Shown here: in pieces, positions 10,312 to 20,764 of the stretch
Layout: every line of letters starts with the position of its first letter
How positions within the stretch are numbered: position 1 is the stretch's first letter
IMG/VR virus record: IMGVR_UViG_3300032250_000391
Span: 1 to 64,000 of that record
From: a virus
Taxonomy: Duplodnaviria; Caudoviricetes
DNA length: 64,000 bases
Strand: one strand, 5' to 3'
Translations under genes and position numbers: made by a program
The notes under the pieces: model-generated
The model's database searches: none
What the model saw: the letters and a program-made list of their open reading frames with translations, nothing else
Told to the model about the DNA's origin: nothing

Positions 10312-10402
10312 ATCTCAACTTTATAAAGGTTAAAAGGTAAATAAATAATAACTCACTTGTGACTTATTAACCATATAAGACCTAAAAATAAATATCTTGA
10401 CT

Positions 10403-11149
10403 TTACTTTTGTAAATTTTTCCAATAAATGATTTCCCATCTACCGTCGTAATGCTCCACCAATGCAGAGCAGGACTCTACCCAATCTCCATCGTTCATAT
10501 AAATAACCCCGTTAATGTTTTTAATTTCTGGCGTATGAATATGTCCACAAATTACACCATCGTAGCCACGGCTTTTGCAGTAATCTGTTACGGTCTTTTC
10601 AAAACTAAAAACAAAACCCACCGCTTTCTTGACTTTGTGTTTTAGAAATTTGCTTAAACTCCAATAGCCAAAACCTAATCTATGCCGAATGTAATTAAAT
10701 TTAGTATTAATCCATAACACAAAATCGTAAGCTGAGTCGCCTAATAAGCTTATCCATTTAGCCATACGAGTAATGCCGTCAAACATGTCGCCGTGCGTGA
10801 TAAGAAATAAATTGCCGTCTACATCTCTGTATTCCGCTTGATTGCATATTGAAATGTTTCCAAGGCTAAACTGATTAACAAATGGACGCAAAAACTCGTC
10901 ATGATTGCCTGTTACAAATGTTATTTTGGTGCCGTTTTTACTTAAGCTTAGTATTCTACGAATTACTTCTGTATGCGATTGTTTCCAGCGCCATTTATTC
11001 TGCTGTATTTTCCAACCATCAATAATGTCACCTACTAGGAATAGGTTGTCGCATTTATTATGCTTAAGAAAGTTTTCAAGAAGCGCAGCCTGACACTCCG
11101 TTGTGCCTAAATGGAAGTCCGATATGCATATCGTTTTGTACTTTGTCAT
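10403..11149 (-). CDS. Metallophosphoesterase, LpxH2/PlcP-like
   Basis: Motifs SDFHLG, GDIIDGW, GNHD, HGD, CGHIH and NDGDWVESCSALVE. Confidence 0.85.
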   Translation of the reverse strand: MTKYKTICISDFHLGTTECQAALLENFLKHNKCDNLFLVGDIIDGWKIQQNKWRWKQSHTEVIRRILSLSKNGTKITFVTGNHDEFLRPFVNQFSLGNISICNQAEYRDVDGNLFLITHGDMFDGITRMAKWISLLGDSAYDFVLWINTKFNYIRHRLGFGYWSLSKFLKHKVKKAVGFVFSFEKTVTDYCKSRGYDGVICGHIHTPEIKNINGVIYMNDGDWVESCSALVEHYDGRWEIIYWKNLQK

Positions 11150-12300
11150 TAAAGACCTATTAGCATGTCAGGAGTACAGATTTCAGAGGCATCACGGTGA
11201 TACCATTTACCACCAGAGATGGCAAAGTCTGTAATCTGAATGTAGTCAAAATTTACACCACGGCGTTCTGTATCTATATTGACGATTGCGAATCCATTAT
11301 GCCAACGTTCGCCCTCGCAATAGCTTGCCGAACGCTTGTGCCCTGAACCCATTTGATGCCATTCGTAAGCGCCAAATACTGGATTAAATAATGACCAAAC
11401 TTCGTGTTTGTGATGATGCCCATTCACGCCAGGAATGCCCATTGTCTTGGCGTGCGGGAAATGATGAGCCATAAAACAGTCCCAATAAATCTTGTAGTTT
11501 TTACCAAGTTCTTTATTAAGGTCTGCCTTACTGTAAGCAGCCAAGTCACACTTAGCAATATAGTTAATTTGAAATTCATCTAAGCCGAGTAATCGGGCGA
11601 CGGTAAAGCCGTGCAGTTCGCTCAGGACAGCTTTTAAAGCGGGTGTAGAGTCGCCAAGATGACGAAGTAGTCTTGCTTCATGATTGCCCTCAATAAAGTC
11701 GATTTGGACATCAGGAAGCGCTTCTCTGATAGGTCTGAATATCTCATCATGGACAAACTTAATACGCCCTACTACGTCCCATTCACGAGGGTCTACGCCG
11801 TACTTTCCAAACTCTGGTAGGTCAAAGATATCTCCATCAAAAACTACAACGTCTGGCTCTACTCTGATAACGGTGTCTAGGAATACTCTAAGGAAAAATG
11901 GGTCAATTTCAATATCATGTAAGTCTGAGGCTGTCACAATCGTCTTAAAACGGGTTGAATTTTCTCGGATATACTTTGACTCATAATCTTGTCGTTCGAT
12001 GTTCATCTTGCGATAGTGGTCGACTGAGGCGTGCTTTGCGATGTTTTTTTCCAGTTGATGTTGCTGCCTGCTTAAAACAATCCCTGACTGGCGTTTAAAC
12101 TCATCAAAAGTACCGAAATATCCATTCCATACCGATTCGGCAAACTTGCCATTAACGCGGTAGTAATTGCGTGAAATAACCATCTCTGGGTTATCTAAAG
12201 CAATTTTACGAATATCTTCAATACATTGTTCTCTAGTTCCGTCCTTGAGCTTGATAATTAAGGACTCTGAAAGTGGTGTTTCAAATTGATTTGCAGTCAA
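11149..12300 (-). CDS. Calcineurin-like metallophosphoesterase
   Basis: Motifs SDLH, DGDIFD, EGNHE and GHHH. Confidence 0.85.
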   Translation of the reverse strand: MTANQFETPLSESLIIKLKDGTREQCIEDIRKIALDNPEMVISRNYYRVNGKFAESVWNGYFGTFDEFKRQSGIVLSRQQHQLEKNIAKHASVDHYRKMNIERQDYESKYIRENSTRFKTIVTASDLHDIEIDPFFLRVFLDTVIRVEPDVVVFDGDIFDLPEFGKYGVDPREWDVVGRIKFVHDEIFRPIREALPDVQIDFIEGNHEARLLRHLGDSTPALKAVLSELHGFTVARLLGLDEFQINYIAKCDLAAYSKADLNKELGKNYKIYWDCFMAHHFPHAKTMGIPGVNGHHHKHEVWSLFNPVFGAYEWHQMGSGHKRSASYCEGERWHNGFAIVNIDTERRGVNFDYIQITDFAISGGKWYHRDASEICTPDMLIGL

Positions 12301-12324
12301 ATTAATTACTCCTATAAAGTTTTA

Positions 12325-12343
12325 AGCCCGCTTTTGGCGGGCT
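12325..12343 (-). terminator. Intrinsic terminator-like hairpin
   Basis: AGCCCGC/GCGGGCT inverted repeat just after the 12349 ORF. Confidence 0.55.
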
Positions 12344-12348
12344 ATGTG

Positions 12349-12717
12349 CTATTTAAGGGTCAGTAAGAAAGCGGTTCTTTGATACTGATTTAAAATGCCA
12401 TCGTAAAGACTTGATAGCGCTTGGTTGTCTTCAACTACTGAAGCTCTCATAGAGCCAATTAGTACACGCTGTTGTTCTAGCGCGTTCACAATGTCGGAAT
12501 CAAAGTCTTCTGTTTCCATATACTGAATAACAACTCTTTCACCAAATTCACCCTGATAGCTCTCTGTAAATTCATCAGTCAAATCTGTTATGGCTTCATA
12601 AAAATTGCCTAGCGTAATATGTTGCGCGTAGCTAGTTGTAGCCAAGTGAGCGCGATGGCTTATGTCACGGGCTAAAAATAAAATACCGATAAACTTTCCT
12701 GCGTCTTTTGCTGCCAT
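12349..12717 (-). CDS. Ferritin/Dps-like four-helix protein
   Basis: Pattern HxxHL..TSYAQH..L..FYE...DEFTESYQG. Confidence 0.65.
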   Translation of the reverse strand: MAAKDAGKFIGILFLARDISHRAHLATTSYAQHITLGNFYEAITDLTDEFTESYQGEFGERVVIQYMETEDFDSDIVNALEQQRVLIGSMRASVVEDNQALSSLYDGILNQYQRTAFLLTLK

Positions 12718-12746
12718 TTTTTACTCCTTAGTCATCACTGACTTAG

Positions 12747-13196
12747 CTATTTAGATAAATTTTTTCCAGCTTGAAAATCGGCTAAAACCAGTCCGCCGGT
12801 ATATTGACAATGCGCCATTTCTTTAAAAGACTTCCAGCGCCCTGCCCATTCAAGTCCTACTGATTCAGCAATTTGACCGCACCTTGTGAATAACTTGGTA
12901 TCATTCCAGACTGCTTTACCGTGAATCAACGGTACGAAATCAAAAGCAACTCGCCAGTTATGAAAGCTTTGTCCTGCTTTTGCATTTGTAACAATGTCAC
13001 CAAAGGGCTTGCTTGGTTTCGAGTTGTTTCCTATTACCGTTCTTCCTAAAGCGTACAAAGCCATTTGACTTTCGCCATCTCGGTAGGTACTGGTAATAAG
13101 TACATCAATATTTTCTTGCTTGCATTTGGCAATAAAGCTTTCGCATAGCGCTTTTACTGTTGGGTGCAAGTCATTTAAGCTACGACTGTTAACCAT
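12747..13196 (-). CDS. Endolysin, peptidase M15 (L-Ala-D-Glu) family
   Basis: Motifs STYR..Q..LY, VTNAKAGQSFHN..AFD, WAGRW and E.AH.Q. Confidence 0.92.
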   Translation of the reverse strand: MVNSRSLNDLHPTVKALCESFIAKCKQENIDVLITSTYRDGESQMALYALGRTVIGNNSKPSKPFGDIVTNAKAGQSFHNWRVAFDFVPLIHGKAVWNDTKLFTRCGQIAESVGLEWAGRWKSFKEMAHCQYTGGLVLADFQAGKNLSK

Positions 13197-13251
13197 AATA
13201 AACCTTTATGTTAGTCACTTGTGACTTATTTATAATAGCAATATACCACAT

Positions 13252-13503
13252 TTACCTAATTACAGCATCATTTCCTCTATCGTGCTCAATCGACTCTTCA
13301 CAATGATTGGAATCAAGCTTATCAAGCAATTTGCATATCAACTTACAAAGCAAACATTTGCGCTTCATGATTAACTTGCCCATACGTGAGCTTATTGTCT
13401 CGTCTGGGTCTCCGCCTATTAATACATTAATTAGCTGGTCTATAGCTATTAATATATTCCATATATATTTTCTTAAATTATTCATGTAAATCTGTAATAT
13501 CAA
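13252..13503 (-). CDS. Small conserved phage membrane protein
   Basis: NILIAIDQLINVLIGGDPDETISSR motif typical of small phage proteins near fibre genes. Confidence 0.7.
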   Translation of the reverse strand: MILQIYMNNLRKYIWNILIAIDQLINVLIGGDPDETISSRMGKLIMKRKCLLCKLICKLLDKLDSNHCEESIEHDRGNDAVIR

Positions 13504-16500
13504 AAAGTGGGGTTTCTTGTTTAGTAATAACAGAAATCGTCGGCTCTAAATTGACCTCGATATAAGAAACAGGTATGTCCTGTTTTGTTATTTCTGACAC
13601 TGAAATCTCTCGGAAAAAGATTACTGATACAGGAATGTTGTAAGGAGTTAATGTGTTGAGCGACGTTTGAACTTGTATTGGTACGTATTTGGCTACTCCA
13701 GTTGTTAGAACTATTGGAACAATAGTCGCAACAACAATCGCGGAAGTTTGTAAGAAAATACTTGTAGAAATATTTGCCTGAGAGTTTGAGTTGCCTTGCA
13801 CAAACCCTAATAAATTTATTCTAGTAGAAAGTGTCGGAACTGCACTGCTCTGACTAAAGGCATTTGCATTTAATCGTATAGCCGTGTTAATTGAACTTTC
13901 AATGCTTACTGCGTTATTTAGTGAGCCAAATAAACGAATACTTGTATTTAAAGCGGCTAACGCTGTAGTTAAATTGCCAATTGAACCTACCACTTGAATT
14001 GAAGTGGTTAAAATGCCCGTGCTTGATACTGTGTTAATCAAGCTACTTGATAGTCTAATGGCGGTAGAAATATTGCCTGTTATAGACGCGACGTCAGCAA
14101 TGTTGGCAAATAACGGAATGCCAGTATTTAAACTGCTTACTACCGTATTTATATTGCTACTAGAAGCTACTAATCTAATTGCAGTGCTTAGGTTAGCTGT
14201 CGATGTGGATTGAATGGCTAAATTGCTTGCCAATTTTATTACAGTAGTAGCAGAGCTTGCGGCGCTGACTGTATTGTTTAGTGAAGCAAGTAAACGAATG
14301 CCAGTATTAATGTTTGCATTAATACTACTATTATTTGTTGAACTACCTTCTAGCCTTATTGCTGTTGTTAAATTTGCCGAGGCGGCACTAATCGCGCTAA
14401 TGCTTCCAACAATTAACTCGCCTGAACTCAGAGTTGCATCTGCCGTAACTCTATTGGTTATCGAACTATTAAGCCTTATTTGTGCGCTTAAGTTGCATGC
14501 AGAAGTGCTGATTACACTAACAGATGAGGACAATCGTATCGCTGTAGCAATTAAACCTGTAGCACTTACCACATTGGTAGCGGATGCGAATAGCGGTATA
14601 CCTGTATTTAGGCTGGTAATTACAGTGTTTAAATTGCTACTAGAGGCAACTAATCTAATCGTTGTACTTAAATTAGCTGTTGCTGTTGCCACATTGCTAA
14701 CTGACGCCAGAACCGCTTTGCTATTAGATATAGTTAAAACGACAGCAGATAGAGCTACGTAAGATTCATAAGCACTTCCATTTTCGGACGCTTTTATTGC
14801 TTGAACGGTTAGTGTTTGCCCTGCTGTCGCGGAGTTAAAATTAATGGTAGCGGTGAATGAGCTTTTTCCATCATTACCTACAGGAACAGGATAAACAGCC
14901 GTTGTTGCGGTCTGCGTTGGAAAACCGCCGCCCGATAAACTTGCTACAATTGAATACGAACCTCCGGCACGTACAGAGCAAATAACTTTTAATTGACTTG
15001 TTGCTATTCCCGCTGGAACAGTAAAGCTACTGCCCATGCCTACATTGACAAGACCGTCGCCATTGTCGCCAAAAAGTCCTGCATCATAACCAAATTGAGG
15101 AAGAAAATACGTATTACTGTCAACTAAGTTTGGCGTGCCATCTGTCCAGTTAATTATTCTCGGCGTAGTATCAGTGCGGAAATTATCGGCTATTAAATTT
15201 GGATATTGAATTAAAGAGCCACCGCCTCTTTTACGAGTGGTTACATTAGACGCACTATAAAGAAACCAATCTGTGCCGTTAAAGGCAGTTAAGTTGACAG
15301 TATCTGTATTAAAGGGGCTTAAATCTACTGATATGAAAGCCGCCGTTGTCAGAGTTGCAGAAGCGGTGGCTACGTTTGCAACGCTACTAGCTATTGGGTT
15401 TCCTACGCTAAGACTGGCACTTGCCGTAGATTGAACTGCTCTGCTACTTGCTAATCTAATATTGGTACTTAAACTGGCCGTTGCACTCACAACGTCACCG
15501 ACCGAAGCTAAAACTGCTTTACTATTTGATATAGTTAAAACAGCCGCTTGGAAAGCTACATATCCTTCTCCTCCGCCATCTTGCGACGCTTTAATGACCT
15601 GTACGCTAAGAGTTTGCCCTACAGTTGATGAGTTATAGTTTATTGTGCTTGTAAACGAATATTTAAAAGCATCGGCTACAAACGTCGTCGTCGCGGTCTG
15701 TGGAGGAAAGCCACCGCCTGATAAAGTGGCAATAACTGAGAATGTACCGCCGCCACGTACAGAGGAAATTACTTTTACTTGGCTTGTTGCTATTGTTGCC
15801 GGTACGGTGAAACTAAATCCATAACCTACATTGACAACATAATCTCCGTCATCACCGTAAAGTCCTGCATCGTATCCGTTGGTGCCAACTAGAGTTGGAA
15901 AACCATCTGTCCAAGTGATGTCTCTATAGGTCGTGTCATTACGATAACTTGGAGCATTAAAGTCAAGGTTGGTAATTAAAGAGCCACCGCCTCTTTTACG
16001 CTGACCAGGAGGAACTGAATAGTTACTATAATGAAGCCAGTCTGTGCCGTTTAAGGCGGTTAGATTAATAGCGTCATTATTGAAAGGGCCTAAAGCTACG
16101 GATATAAATGCGGCTGTTGTTAAGTTGGCTGTAACAGTTGTAACTGAGCTAACATTGCTTGCTAATCTAATTGAGGTATTTAATTCAGAATTGGCAGTTA
16201 CAAGGTCAGTAAAGTTAGCAAATAACGGTATGCCTGTATTTAAGCTAGAAATTACGGTATTTAAGTTGCTTGATGAGGCGACTAACTGAATTGCCGTGCT
16301 TATTGTGGCTGTAGAAGTTGAGCCATATTTTAACTGATTAAATGAAAAGTTATCTAAATGAGGGCCTGTAGAATCAAAATCAGGGCTAGATGAAAATACT
16401 CGAATTCCAGCAAATCCAGCCGCAGATATTTGCGTGTCGTTAGCAGATATACTTAAAACGCCATTAATGTAAACTTTTTGACTAGTACCCTCAACGTCTA

Positions 16501-19500
16501 GTCTTATAGTGGCTGTATTATTGACCGCTAACGGCTGTTCAAGAGTACCTAATAATGTTACGGCTCCATTAACAAAGGCATACAGCTCATATCTGCCAAT
16601 TGACACATTGTATCTAGCAAGATAGGCTGTAGTGGCTGTACTGCTAGTCCTAGCGGTTACGCCAAATGCTGAATTGCCAAACTCTTTATTAATAATGGTA
16701 CAAGAAACAGAATAGTCAGCAGAAGTTAGTGCGGTATTAAAATAGTAAGCCGCCGACACGCTTGCGTCGCTATACACTCGACCTAAACTGGTTATTCTTA
16801 GTAGACCTGATGGAGTTAGTGGATGTTTTACCCAATCACTATTATAAGTAGATAATTCAGTATTAGCCGTACCATTAAAATTATCACTACCTGACTCGTA
16901 TATGGCCGATGCTTTTAATTTTATGGTTGTTAATAAATTACTTGTGCCAGTTGCATTGATTATTGCATTTGCAAATAGTGGAATTCCAGTATTTAAAGAA
17001 GTTATAACTGTGTTTAGATTAGCCGCGCTTGCTACCAATTTAATATTAGTTGTTAAGTTAGCCGTTACAGAGGATTGAATTACATTTGCTATTGCGACTA
17101 AATTAACAGGGGAAGTTAAACTTCCTGCAATGTTTGCTCCGTATCTCAGTTCTTTAACTAAGAAGTTATCTAGGTGAATGCCAGTAGTATTAGTATCAGG
17201 GGCAGGCGAGAAGGCTCTAACTGCCGCAAAACCAGCCGCAGTTACTTGCGTGTCATTTGTGGATATGCGCAATACATTATCGACGTAAACTCTTTGCGAA
17301 GTACCCTGAACTTCTAGTCTTAAATTGGTTACACTGCCAACTGTTAAAGTTTGTGCGAATGTACCTAATGTTGTAAACCCGCCATTGACAAATACAAAAA
17401 GCTCAAAAGCGCCGCTTTGACTGTATCTGACCATGTAAAGAGTATTAGCTGTGCTATTTACTCTTGCCGCTATGGCTGGTGCCGTAGCTGATGAACTTAT
17501 ATAGTGAAAATCAGCCGAAACTGAGTAGTCTGCGAATGTTGATTGTTTGTTGTAGTAGTAAAGTGTTGTTTGATTTGAAGAGCTATATACTCTGCCTGTG
17601 CTAGATAAAGCCATTGCTCCCAATGCAATTAAAGGATGCTTTGTCCATACACTGTTATAAGCAGATAAATCTGTGCCGCTTGTACCATTGAAGTCATCAC
17701 TGGCTAATACTTCTGTACTAGATGAATTTAACCGAATAGCCGTACTGATATTAGCTGTGCTAGTTACTAAGTCTGTCACACTGGCGAATATGGGAATGCC
17801 AGTGTTAAGACTTGTAATAACGGTATTTAGATTAGCCGCACTTGCAACTAGTTTAATCGAAGTCGTTAAGTCGCCTGTTACGTTTGCGTCATTGGCAATG
17901 CTAGTATTAACTTTTATTTCTGCGCTTAAATTTGCGCCAGATACTGCGTTTGCACTGGCGTTTGCGGCAAGATTAATTTGTGTTGTAATACTGCCGGTAC
18001 CCAGCACTGTACAATTAACTGAGCTGGCAAATCTTATAAAATTAGTTACGTTGCCTGATGATGTACTAATGGCAGTTGCGTTTGCATTTAATCTAATTGC
18101 CGTGCTTAAGCTGGCGCTTGTTGTTGTTGTGCTTGATATTGAAGATGCTAAAGCCGCCGCAACACTTGTAAAATAAGCAGATTGATTGCTTTCAATGCCA
18201 GCTCTAACCGCACTCTTATCTGTATCATAGACAACTATTTCAAAAATTATGTCGTTATACATCTCTTCAGTGCCAGAGGCTTCTCGACCAATAACGCTAA
18301 TAAATTTGCCTGAAGCGTCACTGGTAGTACCTACAATAGAGCCTTCAGCACGAGCTGTTAGTGAGTTTGTTACGCTGGATACTGTAGATTGTAATATTTT
18401 GTTAGCCGTAAACGACGAGCTATCTAGCAACTCAACTTGATAAGAGCTTGTAATATTGATATTAGCTTGGCCGCCACTTTGACCTAAAAATCGTGTAGCT
18501 AAACTACCATTACCGCCTGCAAGCACTGCTCGTGCAACACCATCGCCTACATCTGTGACATAAGCGACAATAAATTGATACAACTGATTGGTATAGTTTA
18601 ATTGGCTGAATGATAAACTTGTCGCTGATGATGCAATAAACTTACCAAAACCAGCAAAAGCTCCGCGTACATCTACTACGCCAGCCAAACAAATTCGCGG
18701 TTGACTTGAGACTGTTGTTTGTGTTGCGTTTAACCCAGTGGAGTCTTGACCATAAACGGTAGTTACAAAACCATTTGTACCGCTACAAAATGTAGCAATT
18801 GCGGCAGTGTCAAGGTAGTCGTTAACGAACCCTATATCTTGTTCTGCGTTATCGCTTGACCGTCTTACTCTTAAACATGGTCCTGTGTAAGTTGAGCTAA
18901 GTCTACGAGCTGACCATCCTAATTTGGCAGTGCCATACAAATCAAATAAAAGATTACCTGAATTTATACTGGCAGAAACTCTTACTGCTGGACTTGCTAC
19001 TAATCGTATGCTGGTGGTTAAAGATGCACTTGCCGTTGTTGTGCTTGACGCTGAGGTTTCTAAAACCGCCGCTGAAGCGCCTGCTACTTCAAAATCAAAT
19101 ATTAATTGTGGTCTTTGCCCGTTAGCACCTTCTTTTGAGCTGATGCTTGTGTTTATACCAGAGCCGCCAGTTTCAGTTGGCGATTTAATTAATATGCCGT
19201 GATTAGCGAAAGTACCGTTCAGCCAACCTTGTACTAATTGTGTAAGGGCAGTACCAGATATTTCAACGTAAGTGCCAATATTTGAACTGGTAATAGTTGT
19301 AGTGGCAATTACGGTAGCATTAAAGTCACCACCTTGAGTAGCCCAATTATTATTACCATCGTATTCGTCCCAGTTGAATCCGTTTTCTGTCCAAGACCGT
19401 GTAATTCTGTGGAAGTTAAAACTAGCATTTGCATTTACGGCTGTTACAAAAAGTCTTATTTTTGCGTTTGTAACAGTGCCAGCAGGGACAGAAGATAGCC

Positions 19501-19750
19501 CATCAAAAGCAAGAAAGCCTCTCCTTGTGTCTGCCCCATTAGCATCATCCCAATGGCCAATAGTCCACGTTGTACCTGTACCAAAGTTATTAGTTGACCT
19601 ACCCCAGTTGTTGCCATCTCTAGTGCCACTATAGGTTGCACCAGTGTTGTTACTGATGACTATTGGTGGTGGTTCTAGCAGTCGTCTACTAGTACCGTCT
19701 TCTAAAAGTCGCTTGGAGGTACCGTCCTCAAGTAAACGAAAGTCAGCCAC
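13478..19750 (-). CDS. Giant modular fibre/adhesin (2090 aa)
   Basis: N-terminal LLEDG repeats, a DNRLRE-like domain, a ConA/AbfB-like domain (LRVRRSSDNAEQDIGF), two pairs of duplicated domains, and ~22-aa T(A/S)IRL stalk repeats. Confidence 0.75.
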   Translation of the reverse strand: MADFRLLEDGTSKRLLEDGTSRRLLEPPPIVISNNTGATYSGTRDGNNWGRSTNNFGTGTTWTIGHWDDANGADTRRGFLAFDGLSSVPAGTVTNAKIRLFVTAVNANASFNFHRITRSWTENGFNWDEYDGNNNWATQGGDFNATVIATTTITSSNIGTYVEISGTALTQLVQGWLNGTFANHGILIKSPTETGGSGINTSISSKEGANGQRPQLIFDFEVAGASAAVLETSASSTTTASASLTTSIRLVASPAVRVSASINSGNLLFDLYGTAKLGWSARRLSSTYTGPCLRVRRSSDNAEQDIGFVNDYLDTAAIATFCSGTNGFVTTVYGQDSTGLNATQTTVSSQPRICLAGVVDVRGAFAGFGKFIASSATSLSFSQLNYTNQLYQFIVAYVTDVGDGVARAVLAGGNGSLATRFLGQSGGQANINITSSYQVELLDSSSFTANKILQSTVSSVTNSLTARAEGSIVGTTSDASGKFISVIGREASGTEEMYNDIIFEIVVYDTDKSAVRAGIESNQSAYFTSVAAALASSISSTTTTSASLSTAIRLNANATAISTSSGNVTNFIRFASSVNCTVLGTGSITTQINLAANASANAVSGANLSAEIKVNTSIANDANVTGDLTTSIKLVASAANLNTVITSLNTGIPIFASVTDLVTSTANISTAIRLNSSSTEVLASDDFNGTSGTDLSAYNSVWTKHPLIALGAMALSSTGRVYSSSNQTTLYYYNKQSTFADYSVSADFHYISSSATAPAIAARVNSTANTLYMVRYSQSGAFELFVFVNGGFTTLGTFAQTLTVGSVTNLRLEVQGTSQRVYVDNVLRISTNDTQVTAAGFAAVRAFSPAPDTNTTGIHLDNFLVKELRYGANIAGSLTSPVNLVAIANVIQSSVTANLTTNIKLVASAANLNTVITSLNTGIPLFANAIINATGTSNLLTTIKLKASAIYESGSDNFNGTANTELSTYNSDWVKHPLTPSGLLRITSLGRVYSDASVSAAYYFNTALTSADYSVSCTIINKEFGNSAFGVTARTSSTATTAYLARYNVSIGRYELYAFVNGAVTLLGTLEQPLAVNNTATIRLDVEGTSQKVYINGVLSISANDTQISAAGFAGIRVFSSSPDFDSTGPHLDNFSFNQLKYGSTSTATISTAIQLVASSSNLNTVISSLNTGIPLFANFTDLVTANSELNTSIRLASNVSSVTTVTANLTTAAFISVALGPFNNDAINLTALNGTDWLHYSNYSVPPGQRKRGGGSLITNLDFNAPSYRNDTTYRDITWTDGFPTLVGTNGYDAGLYGDDGDYVVNVGYGFSFTVPATIATSQVKVISSVRGGGTFSVIATLSGGGFPPQTATTTFVADAFKYSFTSTINYNSSTVGQTLSVQVIKASQDGGGEGYVAFQAAVLTISNSKAVLASVGDVVSATASLSTNIRLASSRAVQSTASASLSVGNPIASSVANVATASATLTTAAFISVDLSPFNTDTVNLTAFNGTDWFLYSASNVTTRKRGGGSLIQYPNLIADNFRTDTTPRIINWTDGTPNLVDSNTYFLPQFGYDAGLFGDNGDGLVNVGMGSSFTVPAGIATSQLKVICSVRAGGSYSIVASLSGGGFPTQTATTAVYPVPVGNDGKSSFTATINFNSATAGQTLTVQAIKASENGSAYESYVALSAVVLTISNSKAVLASVSNVATATANLSTTIRLVASSSNLNTVITSLNTGIPLFASATNVVSATGLIATAIRLSSSVSVISTSACNLSAQIRLNSSITNRVTADATLSSGELIVGSISAISAASANLTTAIRLEGSSTNNSSINANINTGIRLLASLNNTVSAASSATTVIKLASNLAIQSTSTANLSTAIRLVASSSNINTVVSSLNTGIPLFANIADVASITGNISTAIRLSSSLINTVSSTGILTTSIQVVGSIGNLTTALAALNTSIRLFGSLNNAVSIESSINTAIRLNANAFSQSSAVPTLSTRINLLGFVQGNSNSQANISTSIFLQTSAIVVATIVPIVLTTGVAKYVPIQVQTSLNTLTPYNIPVSVIFFREISVSEITKQDIPVSYIEVNLEPTISVITKQETPLFDITDLHE

Positions 19751-19753
19751 ACA

Positions 19754-20374
19754 TTAGCTCCAATCGCCAAATGAGTTCATATTGAGGTCGCCTACTCGTA
19801 TAACTCTTAAGTATGAGCCAGCAGTCACTGTGGCTGCGGAGGCTGTTACTAAAGCAATTGATGGAATTATTGTGCCAGCAGTCGCTACTTCGAAAGAACC
19901 TTTAATACTAAGTGTCATTTGGTTTGTTGTGGTGGGCGTTACAGCAGATGCGGCACTAGAATTACCTGTAGATATTGAGCCTGTCTGAGTAGTATTGCCA
20001 GATGTACCATCCACACCAGTAAAATGAGTTAAGTGTCCTTGTGTAACCGCGGTGCCAGCACCACGAATTAGGAACTGTGCGTTGCCGCTTGTGGTAGACA
20101 TACCTGTAATATTGAAAAGTCCTTCTATTACATAAGAACCTGCCTCCAGCGTGAGCGTGTCATTGGCGGCAGGAAATATTGGCTGTGCCGGTGTTTGGTT
20201 AGCAAGAGCAAATGATGAAACAATACGCGCTATGTGGCAACCTTGAGTAAACTGTGCCAGTTGAGCCAGTGTTACCTTTTCGTTGAGAGTGGCAGAAACA
20301 TCTACAATTTCAAAAAGGTCATCTTTGGCAAGGTCAGTCGCGGCGGTAAGCGCGGATAGTTTGGTATCTGGCAT
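19754..20374 (-). CDS. Short fibre-associated structural protein
   Basis: N-terminal DTKLSALTAAT..DDLF.IVD motif common in phage fibres; Thr/Gly-rich. Confidence 0.6.
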   Translation of the reverse strand: MPDTKLSALTAATDLAKDDLFEIVDVSATLNEKVTLAQLAQFTQGCHIARIVSSFALANQTPAQPIFPAANDTLTLEAGSYVIEGLFNITGMSTTSGNAQFLIRGAGTAVTQGHLTHFTGVDGTSGNTTQTGSISTGNSSAASAVTPTTTNQMTLSIKGSFEVATAGTIIPSIALVTASAATVTAGSYLRVIRVGDLNMNSFGDWS

Positions 20375-20751
20375 TACAGTGTTGCTCCAGTAATAAACAT
20401 CTGGTCAAGTTGCTCACTTGTTAAGCCAAGTGCGTTGGCAAGCATAAGTAGCGTTGAGTTATTGCGCTCAAAAGTTTCGCTGTCTTCCCAAGCCACCTGC
20501 ACCAGAAGGCGCTCTGTTTCGTCTGAAATAGAAGCAATAGCGACTTCTACATTCGTGTATAAACCGGCAAGTACAAGAGCTTGTTTAGCTTGTTTACGAG
20601 TTAGCGCCAGAGGCACTTCTACTGGCGGTACGTTAAGAATAGCCAGTGCCGCCTCATCCGTAATAGCTACGAGGTCGGCACGGATATTCTGCGGTTCTGG
20701 CACATAGTCAAAAAAGTATATTTGACCGTCTGTGTCTTGATAGTAAGGCAT
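20374..20751 (-). CDS. Tail-fibre assembly chaperone-like protein
   Basis: Motif LTRKQAKQAL...WE...FERN...LA.ALGLT.EQLD.MF. Confidence 0.6.
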   Translation of the reverse strand: MPYYQDTDGQIYFFDYVPEPQNIRADLVAITDEAALAILNVPPVEVPLALTRKQAKQALVLAGLYTNVEVAIASISDETERLLVQVAWEDSETFERNNSTLLMLANALGLTSEQLDQMFITGATL

Positions 20752-20764
20752 CGACTTTAATCAA

